DNA from: an uncultured Clostridia bacterium
GTDB lineage: Bacteria; Bacillota; Clostridia; Christensenellales; CAG-917
Assembly (NCBI GenBank): GCA_947165815.1
Contig: CAMVBZ010000003.1
Location: 1 to 51,160, forward strand
Length of the DNA: 51,160 nucleotides
Direction of reading: 5' to 3'
Every line of letters starts with the position of its first letter. The stretch's first letter is position 1. Below, piece after piece: positions 39,530 to 47,044 of this stretch. Both the position numbers and the translations under genes were made by a program. Below the pieces are notes generated by a model. The model had not been told where the DNA came from, ran no database searches, and saw nothing but the letters and a program-made list of their open reading frames with translations.

Positions 39530-40462
39530 TTAATCTGCAAATAAAGGTGTAGATAAATATCTGTCTCCTGTATCTGGCAATAAAACTACTATGTTCTTTC
39601 CTTCATTTTCCTTTCTTTGTGCTAATTTAATTGCTGCATTTAGTGCTGCACCTGAAGATATTCCAACTAAAACACCTTCGCTCTTTCCAAGTTCTTTTCC
39701 TGTTGCAAATGCTTCTTCGTTTTCAATAGTTATGATTTCATCATAAATCTTTGTATCTAAGACATCTGGAACAAATCCTGCACCAATTCCTTGAATCTTA
39801 TGTGCTCCTGCAACGCCTGTAGAAAGAACAGCTGATGTTGCTGGTTCAACTGCAACTACTTTTACATCCTTTTTCTTGGATTTTAAGTATTGTCCTACAC
39901 CAGTAATTGTTCCACCAGTACCAACACCTGCTACAAAAATGTCTACTTTTCCATCTGTATCTTCATAAATTTCTGGCCCAGTTGTCGCAAAATGGATTGC
40001 AGGATTGGCTGGATTAACAAATTGTCCTGGTATAAAACTGTTTTCTATCTCTTCTTTGAGCTCATTTGCTTTAGCAATTGCTCCTTTCATACCTTTTGAT
40101 CCTTCTGTTAATACTAATTCTGCTCCATATGCTTTCATGAGTTGTCTTCTTTCAACAGACATGGTTTCTGGCATTACTATTATGATTTTATAGCCTTTTG
40201 CAGCTGCAACAGATGCAAGTCCTATACCAGTATTTCCAGAAGTTGGTTCAATAATTACTGAATCTTTATTTAATAATCCTTTCTTTTCTGCATCATCTAT
40301 CATTGCTTTAGCAATTCTATCTTTTACAGATCCAGCTGGATTAAAATATTCTAATTTCGCTAAGATTTTTGCCCTTAAATCATATTTTGCTTCTATATGT
40401 GTTAATTCTAATAATGGTGTCTTTCCAATTAGTTGGTCTGCACTTGTATAAATTTTGCTCAT
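39530..40462 (-). CDS. cysK: Cysteine synthase A
   Basis: [24 protein letters not shown] and HKIQGIG motifs. Confidence 0.97.
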   Translation of the reverse strand: MSKIYTSADQLIGKTPLLELTHIEAKYDLRAKILAKLEYFNPAGSVKDRIAKAMIDDAEKKGLLNKDSVIIEPTSGNTGIGLASVAAAKGYKIIIVMPETMSVERRQLMKAYGAELVLTEGSKGMKGAIAKANELKEEIENSFIPGQFVNPANPAIHFATTGPEIYEDTDGKVDIFVAGVGTGGTITGVGQYLKSKKKDVKVVAVEPATSAVLSTGVAGAHKIQGIGAGFVPDVLDTKIYDEIITIENEEAFATGKELGKSEGVLVGISSGAALNAAIKLAQRKENEGKNIVVLLPDTGDRYLSTPLFAD

Positions 40463-40478
40463 TTTATATATCCTCCTA

Positions 40479-41762
40479 TTATTTTACTGCTTCAAATGCT
40501 TGCTCTAGGTCTGCAATGATATCGTCTATATGTTCTGTGCCTATAGATAATCTAATTGTTGTAGGTCTAATTCCAGCTTCTAATAACTCTTCTTCTGTAG
40601 ATTGGCTATGTGTTGTACTAGCTGGATGAATAACTAAAGACTTAACATCTCCTACGTTTGCAAGAAGTGAGAATAATTTTAAACTCTCTGTAAACTTCTT
40701 TGCCTTTTCTTTGTCTCCCTTAATATCGAAAGTAAAAATAGATGCTGCACCGTTTGGGAAATATTTGTCATAAATTTCTTTCTTGTGTCCTGTTGCTTGA
40801 GATGGATGATTTACTCTTTCAACTTGTGGATGATTCTTCAAATATTCAACAACTTTTAATGCATTATATACATGTCTTTCTAATCTTAGAGACAAAGTCT
40901 CTAATCCTTGTAAAAGTAAAAATGAATTAAATGGAGATATTGCAGCACCTTGGTCTCTTAATAATGTAGTACGAATCTTAATAATGTATGCAAGATTTCC
41001 AACTGCTTGTGTGAATATTACCCCATGATATGATGGATTTGGTTTTGTTAATCCTGGGAATTTATCATTTTGTGTCCAGTCAAATTTGCCTGAATCTACA
41101 ATGACACCGCCCATTACAGTTCCATGTCCACCAATAAACTTTGTTGCTGAATGAACAACTATATCTGCACCATATTCAATAGGTCTTAAATAATATGGAG
41201 TTGCAAATGTGTTATCTACTATTAAAGGAATTCCGTGCTTGTGTGCAACTTTTGCAATTGCTTCTATATCAATAGCATCTGAATTAGGATTTCCTAGAGT
41301 TTCAGCAAAAATAAGCTTTGTATTGTCTTTAATTGCTTTTTCGAAATTGTTTGGATCATCTGGATTAACAAATGTGCATTCAATTCCTTGTTCTTTTAAA
41401 GTATTTGCAAATAAATTGTGTGTTCCGCCATAAATGTTTGTAGATGAAACAATATGGTCGCCACTAACTGCTATATTTTGAACTGCATATGTAATTGCAG
41501 AAGAACCGGAAGCTGTAGATAATGCAGCTGCACCTCCTTCAAGTGCTGCTATTCTTTGTTCAAATATGTCTGAAGTAGGATTCATTAATCTTGTATAAAT
41601 GTTTCCACCTTCTGTTAAAGCAAATCTTCCAGCTGCTTGTGCTGAATCTTTAAATACATATGATGTTGTTGCATAAATTGGTACTGCTCTTGAATCAGTA
41701 GCAGAATCAGGTCTCTCCTGACCAACATGTACTTGTAGTGTCTCAAATTTTAGCTGTGACAT
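40479..41762 (-). CDS. metY: O-acetylhomoserine aminocarboxypropyltransferase (sulfhydrylase)
   Basis: [20 protein letters not shown] and [21 protein letters not shown] motifs. Confidence 0.93.
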   Translation of the reverse strand: MSQLKFETLQVHVGQERPDSATDSRAVPIYATTSYVFKDSAQAAGRFALTEGGNIYTRLMNPTSDIFEQRIAALEGGAAALSTASGSSAITYAVQNIAVSGDHIVSSTNIYGGTHNLFANTLKEQGIECTFVNPDDPNNFEKAIKDNTKLIFAETLGNPNSDAIDIEAIAKVAHKHGIPLIVDNTFATPYYLRPIEYGADIVVHSATKFIGGHGTVMGGVIVDSGKFDWTQNDKFPGLTKPNPSYHGVIFTQAVGNLAYIIKIRTTLLRDQGAAISPFNSFLLLQGLETLSLRLERHVYNALKVVEYLKNHPQVERVNHPSQATGHKKEIYDKYFPNGAASIFTFDIKGDKEKAKKFTESLKLFSLLANVGDVKSLVIHPASTTHSQSTEEELLEAGIRPTTIRLSIGTEHIDDIIADLEQAFEAVK

Positions 41763-41807
41763 AATTTTATTCTCCTCTTTTGAGTTTGTTTTTTTGAATT
41801 TTTCTAC

Positions 41808-41845
41808 ATTATATTTTTGTAATACCTAGTTTGTCAATAGGTTTT
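41808..41845 (-). promoter_or_regulatory. metY operon promoter with an overlapping Rrf2-type operator
   Basis: On the minus strand: TTGACA, 18 bp spacer, TATAAT. The palindrome ACCTA-N9-TAGGT (within 41821-41845) covers the -35. Confidence 0.75.
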
Positions 41846-41859
41846 ATAGGTTTTTTAAT

Positions 41860-41897
41860 AAAAAATTTTGGATGATACTTTTTCATACCATCCAATT
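41860..41897 (-). terminator. Terminator after the Rrf2 gene
   Basis: On the minus strand: TTGGATGGTAT-loop-GTATCATCCAA followed by a T run. Confidence 0.7.
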
Positions 41898-41913
41898 TGT
41901 AAATCTATATATT

Positions 41914-42345
41914 TTATATATAGTAATCTCCGTTTGACGTTTTACCTTTATCTATTAAATCTTGAAGAGTTACGCTATCTAAGTAATTATTAATTGTATC
42001 TTGGAGTCCTTTCCAAAGCGGAAGTGTCAAACATTCAGCAGCTCTTGGACACTGAATTGTCTCATTATTTAAGCAAGCAACAGGAGCAAGTCCACCTTCT
42101 GTTTCTCTTAATATATCTCCAACTGTATATTTATCTGGATTCTTAGCTAGCTTATATCCACCTTGAAATCCTCTATTTGTTTGCAAAAATCCAGCTCTAG
42201 ATAATGTAGGAATAATCTGCTCTAAATACTTTTTAGATATTTCCTGTCTTTCTGCAATGTCCTTAAGTGGGACAAAATCATCTGACGAATGTTGTGCTAA
42301 ATCTAACATCAATCTTAATGCGTATCTTCCTCTTGTTGATATCAT
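41914..42345 (-). CDS. Rrf2 family transcriptional regulator (IscR/CymR-like, 3 Cys)
   Basis: MISTRGRYALR, IAERQEISKKYLEQI, RGFQGGYKL and C-x7-C-x5-C. Start moved to ATG 42345 after GGAG. Confidence 0.93.
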   Translation of the reverse strand: MISTRGRYALRLMLDLAQHSSDDFVPLKDIAERQEISKKYLEQIIPTLSRAGFLQTNRGFQGGYKLAKNPDKYTVGDILRETEGGLAPVACLNNETIQCPRAAECLTLPLWKGLQDTINNYLDSVTLQDLIDKGKTSNGDYYI

Positions 42346-42372
42346 AACTCTCTCCAAAATTTTAATACCCTT

Positions 42373-42402
42373 ATTATATAGTGATTTACTAGGTTTTTAC
42401 AA
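42373..42402 (-). promoter_or_regulatory. Rrf2 gene promoter with a putative autoregulatory operator
   Basis: On the minus strand: TTGTAA, 18 bp spacer, TATAAT. AAAACCTAGTAAATCACTATATAAT matches the metY box at 17 of 25 positions. Confidence 0.6.
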
Positions 42403-42411
42403 CAAATAATT

Positions 42412-42448
42412 AAAAAAATGAATCTCTAATTACTAGAGACTCATTCTT
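42412..42448 (-). terminator. Terminator after the small lipoprotein gene
   Basis: On the minus strand: AATGAGTCTCTAG-TAA-TTAGAGATTCATT followed by a T run. Confidence 0.8.
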
Positions 42449-42472
42449 AATTTATTTATAAATTAAATTATA

Positions 42473-42910
42473 TTAGCCGTTCAATCCAGCTGCACTTCTT
42501 GCTGCAGATGATCCTGCCCAAACAACATTGTTATGTGTTCCATATATGGATGTATCTGTTTCTGGTGCATGATTTCTACCCCAGTCTAATAAGATACCTT
42601 GAACTTCGTCTGAAACTGTTGCGTTCTTAATGCTTTCAAATACGAATACTAAGATTGAATCTTTGTTATCTGTTCCCTTATATGCATAAAAAACTGTTTG
42701 TAATCCATCCATTTCACTTGTTTTAATTGTTACTGTGGATTGGGCTGTTTCAAATGTATTCTTATCATATTGATCTACTTTATATCCTGCCTTTTCAAGT
42801 CCAGACTTAATTGAGTCTGCAGATGTCTTTGCATGACATGATACTAATACAACTGAAAGTACTGAGAATATCATAACTACTGCTAGTACTGCGATAATTG
42901 TTTTTTTCAT
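42473..42910 (-). CDS. Small lipoprotein of unknown function
   Basis: MKK, a hydrophobic stretch and lipobox LVSC. Start moved to ATG 42910 after AAGGAG; TTGACC-16-TATAAT upstream. Confidence 0.8.
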   Translation of the reverse strand: MKKTIIAVLAVVMIFSVLSVVLVSCHAKTSADSIKSGLEKAGYKVDQYDKNTFETAQSTVTIKTSEMDGLQTVFYAYKGTDNKDSILVFVFESIKNATVSDEVQGILLDWGRNHAPETDTSIYGTHNNVVWAGSSAARSAAGLNG

Positions 42911-42994
42911 TATTATTTCTCCTTTATTTAAAAAATTGTACATATATATTATATGATTTTATCTAGTTAGGTCAATCAAGCTTATTTTTTATAT

Positions 42995-43024
42995 AAAAAA
43001 AGAATCCCCTAATGGAGACTCTTT
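42995..43024 (-). terminator. Terminator after the XRE-citrate synthase gene
   Basis: On the minus strand: AGAGTCTCC-ATTA-GGGGATTCT followed by a T run. Confidence 0.8.
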
Positions 43025-43046
43025 AAAATATTCTATATTTTATTTT

Positions 43047-44666
43047 TTATTTCTTTCTCTTATTCATTGGTACATAAACATTTCTTGTTCCAACGTGAAT
43101 ATATTGTGGACGTATAATCTTTCCTGCAACTAAGAGTTCTTCCATTCTGTGTGCACTCCATCCAACTACTCTAGATACTGCAAATAAAGGAGTAAATAAT
43201 TCATCTGGTATTCCAAGCATTCTGTATCCAAATCCACTATAGAAGTCTACATTTGGACATACACCTTTATAAATCTTTCTCTTCTTTGCAATGAGTTCTG
43301 TTGCAAATGTTGCTACATCTGTATAGAGTTTATATTCATCTTCTAAGCCTTTTTCGATAGCCAAATTCTTTATATATTCCTTGAGGACTACTGCTCTTGG
43401 ATCAGATAATGTATAAACAGCATGTCCCATACCATAAATAAGACCCTTTCCATCAAATGCTTTCCCATCTAAGATATCATTAAGATAATTATAAACTTCG
43501 TTCTCATCTCTCCAATCAGATACACTCTTCTTTAAATCGTCCATCATTTGTACAACCTTTAAGTTTGCACCACCATGCTTTGGTCCTTTTAATGAACAAA
43601 GTGCAGCTGCAATTGCAGAATATGTGTCTGTTCCTGTAGATGTTACAACATGAGTTGTAAAGGAAGAGTTATTACCACCACCGTGCTCAGCATGTAATAC
43701 TAAGTAAGCATCTAATAATTGTGCTTCTGTATCTGTGAATTTTCCATCTGGTCTTAATAAGTAAAGAATGTTTTCAGCAGCTGAATACTCTGGATTTGGA
43801 TTATGAATAATTAAACTTTGATTCTCATTATAATGTATATAAGCTTGATAACTATATATAGCAAGCATCGGAAATACAGCAATGAGTTTCAAACTTTGTC
43901 TCATAACGTTTTCTAATGTAATATCATTAGATTTAGTATCATAAGCAGCCAAAGTTAATACGGATTTTGCCATAGAATTCATAATATCACTTGTTGGAGA
44001 TTTTAAAATAACGTCTTTAACAAAGTTACTTGGAAGAGTTCTATAGTTTGTTAATGTCTTTGTAAATTGATCTAACTCTTGTGCTGTTGGCAACTTTCCA
44101 TTTAATAATACATAACATGCTTCTTCATATGCTCTATGACGAACTTTGTCTGCATGATCTACTAAGTCTTTAACATCATAACCACGGAAGAACAATTCAC
44201 CTTCCATTGGATAGATATTCCCATTCTCTATATACTTACCATTAACTTCAGAGATTTTTGTAAGTCCAGCTTTAACACCAATTCCACGAATGTCTCTTAA
44301 TCCTTTTTGAACATCATATTTATCAAATAAATATGAATCAATGCTAGAAGCCTCTACAAAGTTCTTCTCCATATGAACAACATTGTCTGTAATCTTGTTT
44401 TGTGCACGATTAGACTTTTGATATGATTCCAATAAGGATTCATACATAGCATAGTTGTCCGCATTGGTTGTAACTAAGAAGTCTACAGTTACATTAAAAA
44501 TATCTGCTAGAATTGGTAAAAAACAAATATCAGGTAATCCAGATCCTGTTTCCCATTTAGAGACCGTCTTGTCACTAATATTCAATTTTTGTGCTAGTTC
44601 TTTTTGTGTCCAATTGTTTTGTTTTCTTAAGAATGTAATAATTCTCCCTAAACTTTTAGCAGTCAT
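43047..44666 (-). CDS. XRE helix-turn-helix / citrate synthase fusion protein
   Basis: N-terminal HTH_3 pattern (LRKQNNWTQKELAQKLNISDKTVSKWETG..LPD) in frame with citrate synthase motifs LHAEHG, GPKHGGAN, GMGHAVY, DPRA, NVDFYSG and SRVVGW. Start moved to ATG 44666 after AGGAGG. Confidence 0.92.
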   Translation of the reverse strand: MTAKSLGRIITFLRKQNNWTQKELAQKLNISDKTVSKWETGSGLPDICFLPILADIFNVTVDFLVTTNADNYAMYESLLESYQKSNRAQNKITDNVVHMEKNFVEASSIDSYLFDKYDVQKGLRDIRGIGVKAGLTKISEVNGKYIENGNIYPMEGELFFRGYDVKDLVDHADKVRHRAYEEACYVLLNGKLPTAQELDQFTKTLTNYRTLPSNFVKDVILKSPTSDIMNSMAKSVLTLAAYDTKSNDITLENVMRQSLKLIAVFPMLAIYSYQAYIHYNENQSLIIHNPNPEYSAAENILYLLRPDGKFTDTEAQLLDAYLVLHAEHGGGNNSSFTTHVVTSTGTDTYSAIAAALCSLKGPKHGGANLKVVQMMDDLKKSVSDWRDENEVYNYLNDILDGKAFDGKGLIYGMGHAVYTLSDPRAVVLKEYIKNLAIEKGLEDEYKLYTDVATFATELIAKKRKIYKGVCPNVDFYSGFGYRMLGIPDELFTPLFAVSRVVGWSAHRMEELLVAGKIIRPQYIHVGTRNVYVPMNKRKK

Positions 44667-44793
44667 GGAATTACCCTCCTTTTTCAACATTGTTACTACA
44701 ACCTTAACAATAAAAAAGGAAAAAGTAAAGTATTTTATTCTACTAAACCGAATTATCTTGTGTTATTTTCTCTACTATGCGTAGATAATTAAT

Positions 44794-46182
44794 TTAACCC
44801 TTAAAATTCTTTTCAATAATATCAGCCATACAACCAGCATCTTTCCAAAGTTCATCGGCCTTTAAGCACCATTTTTCAAATTTCTTTGTTTTCTTTGGGA
44901 AAGATTTATAGTGTTTTTTAAGCTTACTTGCTTTACGCAAGGATTTTACAATGTTACTAATCGTAGATTTTCTTATGCCACCATTTGCTCTTGCATCTAT
45001 GATTTTATTTCCCAAATTAAGGATTTGTCCTGTTGTCATTTTATTAGCAAAAGCATAATTCATTTGTGTCATAACAGCCTCATCAAAGACAATGTTATGT
45101 TTGAATTCGTATTCATTCTCATCTTTTGTGGTGTCTATTGCCCCTACAAGCGTTGCCATAAGTTCGGCAAAGTTTGCACCTTGAGTACGTGAATACTTAA
45201 CATTTATAGGCCATAGAGCTTCTTTAGTAGGATAATTCCCATCTTTCATGGCATTTTCTACAACATCAGCAGCGATCATACAAAGATTCCAAGATGCTGT
45301 TACACCTTCACCGCTATATGGTTTAGTAATTGCAGCGCTATCTCCTATACATAGGAATCCATCTGAAACCAAAGAATAAAGAGCATGTCTATATGGAGTT
45401 GTTCCCTTTTCAATTTTTGGTTCTCCAACCATTTCAGGTAAATGTATTGTATTTTCAAAATCTTTATACACAGACTCTGCATATTCATATGAAAGGTTTG
45501 CGCCAATACCAATAACAGCGCCCTCTGGATCATCGGATGGTGCAATCCAAGTCTTATAATATGGATATGCTGTAGAAGTATTTGGTTTTTCTTTAATAGG
45601 ATCTGCCAATTTTACGTATCTTAGTATCACGTAGAACATATCCCTAGGAGATAAAGGTGTATTTTCAATACCATAGTCATCTGGCAATGCACAACGAACT
45701 GGAGCGTTAATACCAGAGCAATCTACAACCAATCTACAATAAAGGTCTTCTTCACCTTCTGCATTTCTAATTTTTACACCACAGATTTTCTTGTTTTCAT
45801 CAAAAATGAATTCTCTGAATTCAGTACTAAATTCATACTGCACTCCAAAACGCTTAGACCAAGAATGTAAATGATGGTTAAATCTCTCGAGATTAAATAC
45901 AGTAAATGGATACAATGTCTTCTTTGGATAATGGCCATATGCAGATTCGCACATGGTATAGTCAAAAGATGTAATATATTCAGGATCTCCTTCACCTAGA
46001 CGTGGAATGCCTGTCTTATCAAAATACACGCTATCTACGTGGAAAACAGTCAATCTCTTTCCAATTTCTTTTTCTGGAAGAGCATCTATTACTAAAGTAC
46101 TAAATCCTTTCTCTGCCATTAGTTTAGCAAAGTATGAACCTGCTGTTGCAGCACCAACAATTACTATATCAAATTCTCTCAT
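44794..46182 (-). CDS. FAD-dependent oxidoreductase (geranylgeranyl reductase-like family)
   Basis: FDIVIVGAATAG Rossmann start, VVDCSG and IGDSAAITKPYSGEG FAD motifs. Confidence 0.8.
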   Translation of the reverse strand: MREFDIVIVGAATAGSYFAKLMAEKGFSTLVIDALPEKEIGKRLTVFHVDSVYFDKTGIPRLGEGDPEYITSFDYTMCESAYGHYPKKTLYPFTVFNLERFNHHLHSWSKRFGVQYEFSTEFREFIFDENKKICGVKIRNAEGEEDLYCRLVVDCSGINAPVRCALPDDYGIENTPLSPRDMFYVILRYVKLADPIKEKPNTSTAYPYYKTWIAPSDDPEGAVIGIGANLSYEYAESVYKDFENTIHLPEMVGEPKIEKGTTPYRHALYSLVSDGFLCIGDSAAITKPYSGEGVTASWNLCMIAADVVENAMKDGNYPTKEALWPINVKYSRTQGANFAELMATLVGAIDTTKDENEYEFKHNIVFDEAVMTQMNYAFANKMTTGQILNLGNKIIDARANGGIRKSTISNIVKSLRKASKLKKHYKSFPKKTKKFEKWCLKADELWKDAGCMADIIEKNFKG

Positions 46183-46237
46183 AATAACCTCATATAATCA
46201 CTAAAATTATATTTTAATCAAGAGAATTTTTCAATTA

Positions 46238-46684
46238 CTATACTTCAAATTGGTTAACATCTTGTGGATTTTGTTTTAAATATTCAAAAAAATCATTAGG
46301 AGACATTGCAACCACTTCGGAAAATTTAAAATCATCAAGATTTCTAGTTATGATTAGATCTAAATCATATTTTTTTGCAGCAACTGATATTACTGCATCC
46401 TCAAAATCTTGCATTTTTGAACATAAAGCATCCCTTAAATCTTTATTTGTTATATCTATAATTTCAAATATTTTTAGCAATTTATCTATTGCATCATGAG
46501 TTTCCTTTTCGTTATGAATATATTTACGCATTATATAGTAAATATCTGTAACAGAAGAGGCTGTAATATATCCTCTTATTTTTCGTTTTGCGACATATCT
46601 AACTATTTCCTTTGCGATATCAGCAAATGGATAACGATTTTGTAAAGCATCAATTATTACACAATCATCTATTAAAACTCTCAT
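46238..46684 (-). CDS. PIN-domain (VapC-like) toxin
   Basis: RVLIDDCVIID, DFEDAV and IITRNLDDF motifs; ATGA overlap with the antitoxin gene. Confidence 0.88.
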   Translation of the reverse strand: MRVLIDDCVIIDALQNRYPFADIAKEIVRYVAKRKIRGYITASSVTDIYYIMRKYIHNEKETHDAIDKLLKIFEIIDITNKDLRDALCSKMQDFEDAVISVAAKKYDLDLIITRNLDDFKFSEVVAMSPNDFFEYLKQNPQDVNQFEV

Positions 46685-46896
46685 TTATTACTCAACCTCT
46701 CATCTCTTGCTTCTTCTAAAGTAATATCACTTGGAATAATTCCAAATAAAGATTCTGCCATTGCTAAACGATCTTCATATGGATTAGATAATTTAGCAAC
46801 AATCTTCCCATTTTTTGATATAAAAACATCTTCATCAACTGCTATGGTTAAATATTTTGACAAATTGTTTTTTAATTCTGTTGCTGAAATAGTCAT
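46681..46896 (-). CDS. Phd/YefM family antitoxin
   Basis: ISATELKNNLSKYL...VFISKNGKIVAKL; GGAGG RBS. Confidence 0.9.
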   Translation of the reverse strand: MTISATELKNNLSKYLTIAVDEDVFISKNGKIVAKLSNPYEDRLAMAESLFGIIPSDITLEEARDERLSNK

Positions 46897-46912
46897 ATTA
46901 TTTCACCTCCAT

Positions 46913-46968
46913 ATTTCGTACTATTATTATAATAATTTCGTACGATTTAATCAAGATAAATGTACATT
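46913..46968 (-). promoter_or_regulatory. Toxin-antitoxin promoter with GTAC-centred operator sites
   Basis: On the minus strand: TTGATT, 17 bp spacer, TATAAT. GTAC cores at 46918, 46940 and 46962; palindromes TCGTACGA and AATGTACATT. Confidence 0.7.
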
Positions 46969-46984
46969 ATTTTTTTAAGGCAAT

Positions 46985-47021
46985 AAAAAAAGGATGCTCA
47001 AGTTAAATTCTCAAGCATCCT
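46985..47021 (-). terminator. Terminator after the large lipoprotein gene
   Basis: AGGATGCT...AGCATCCT inverted repeat with a T run on the minus strand. Confidence 0.75.
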
Positions 47022-47044
47022 AATTTATTTTAATAAATTACGTA

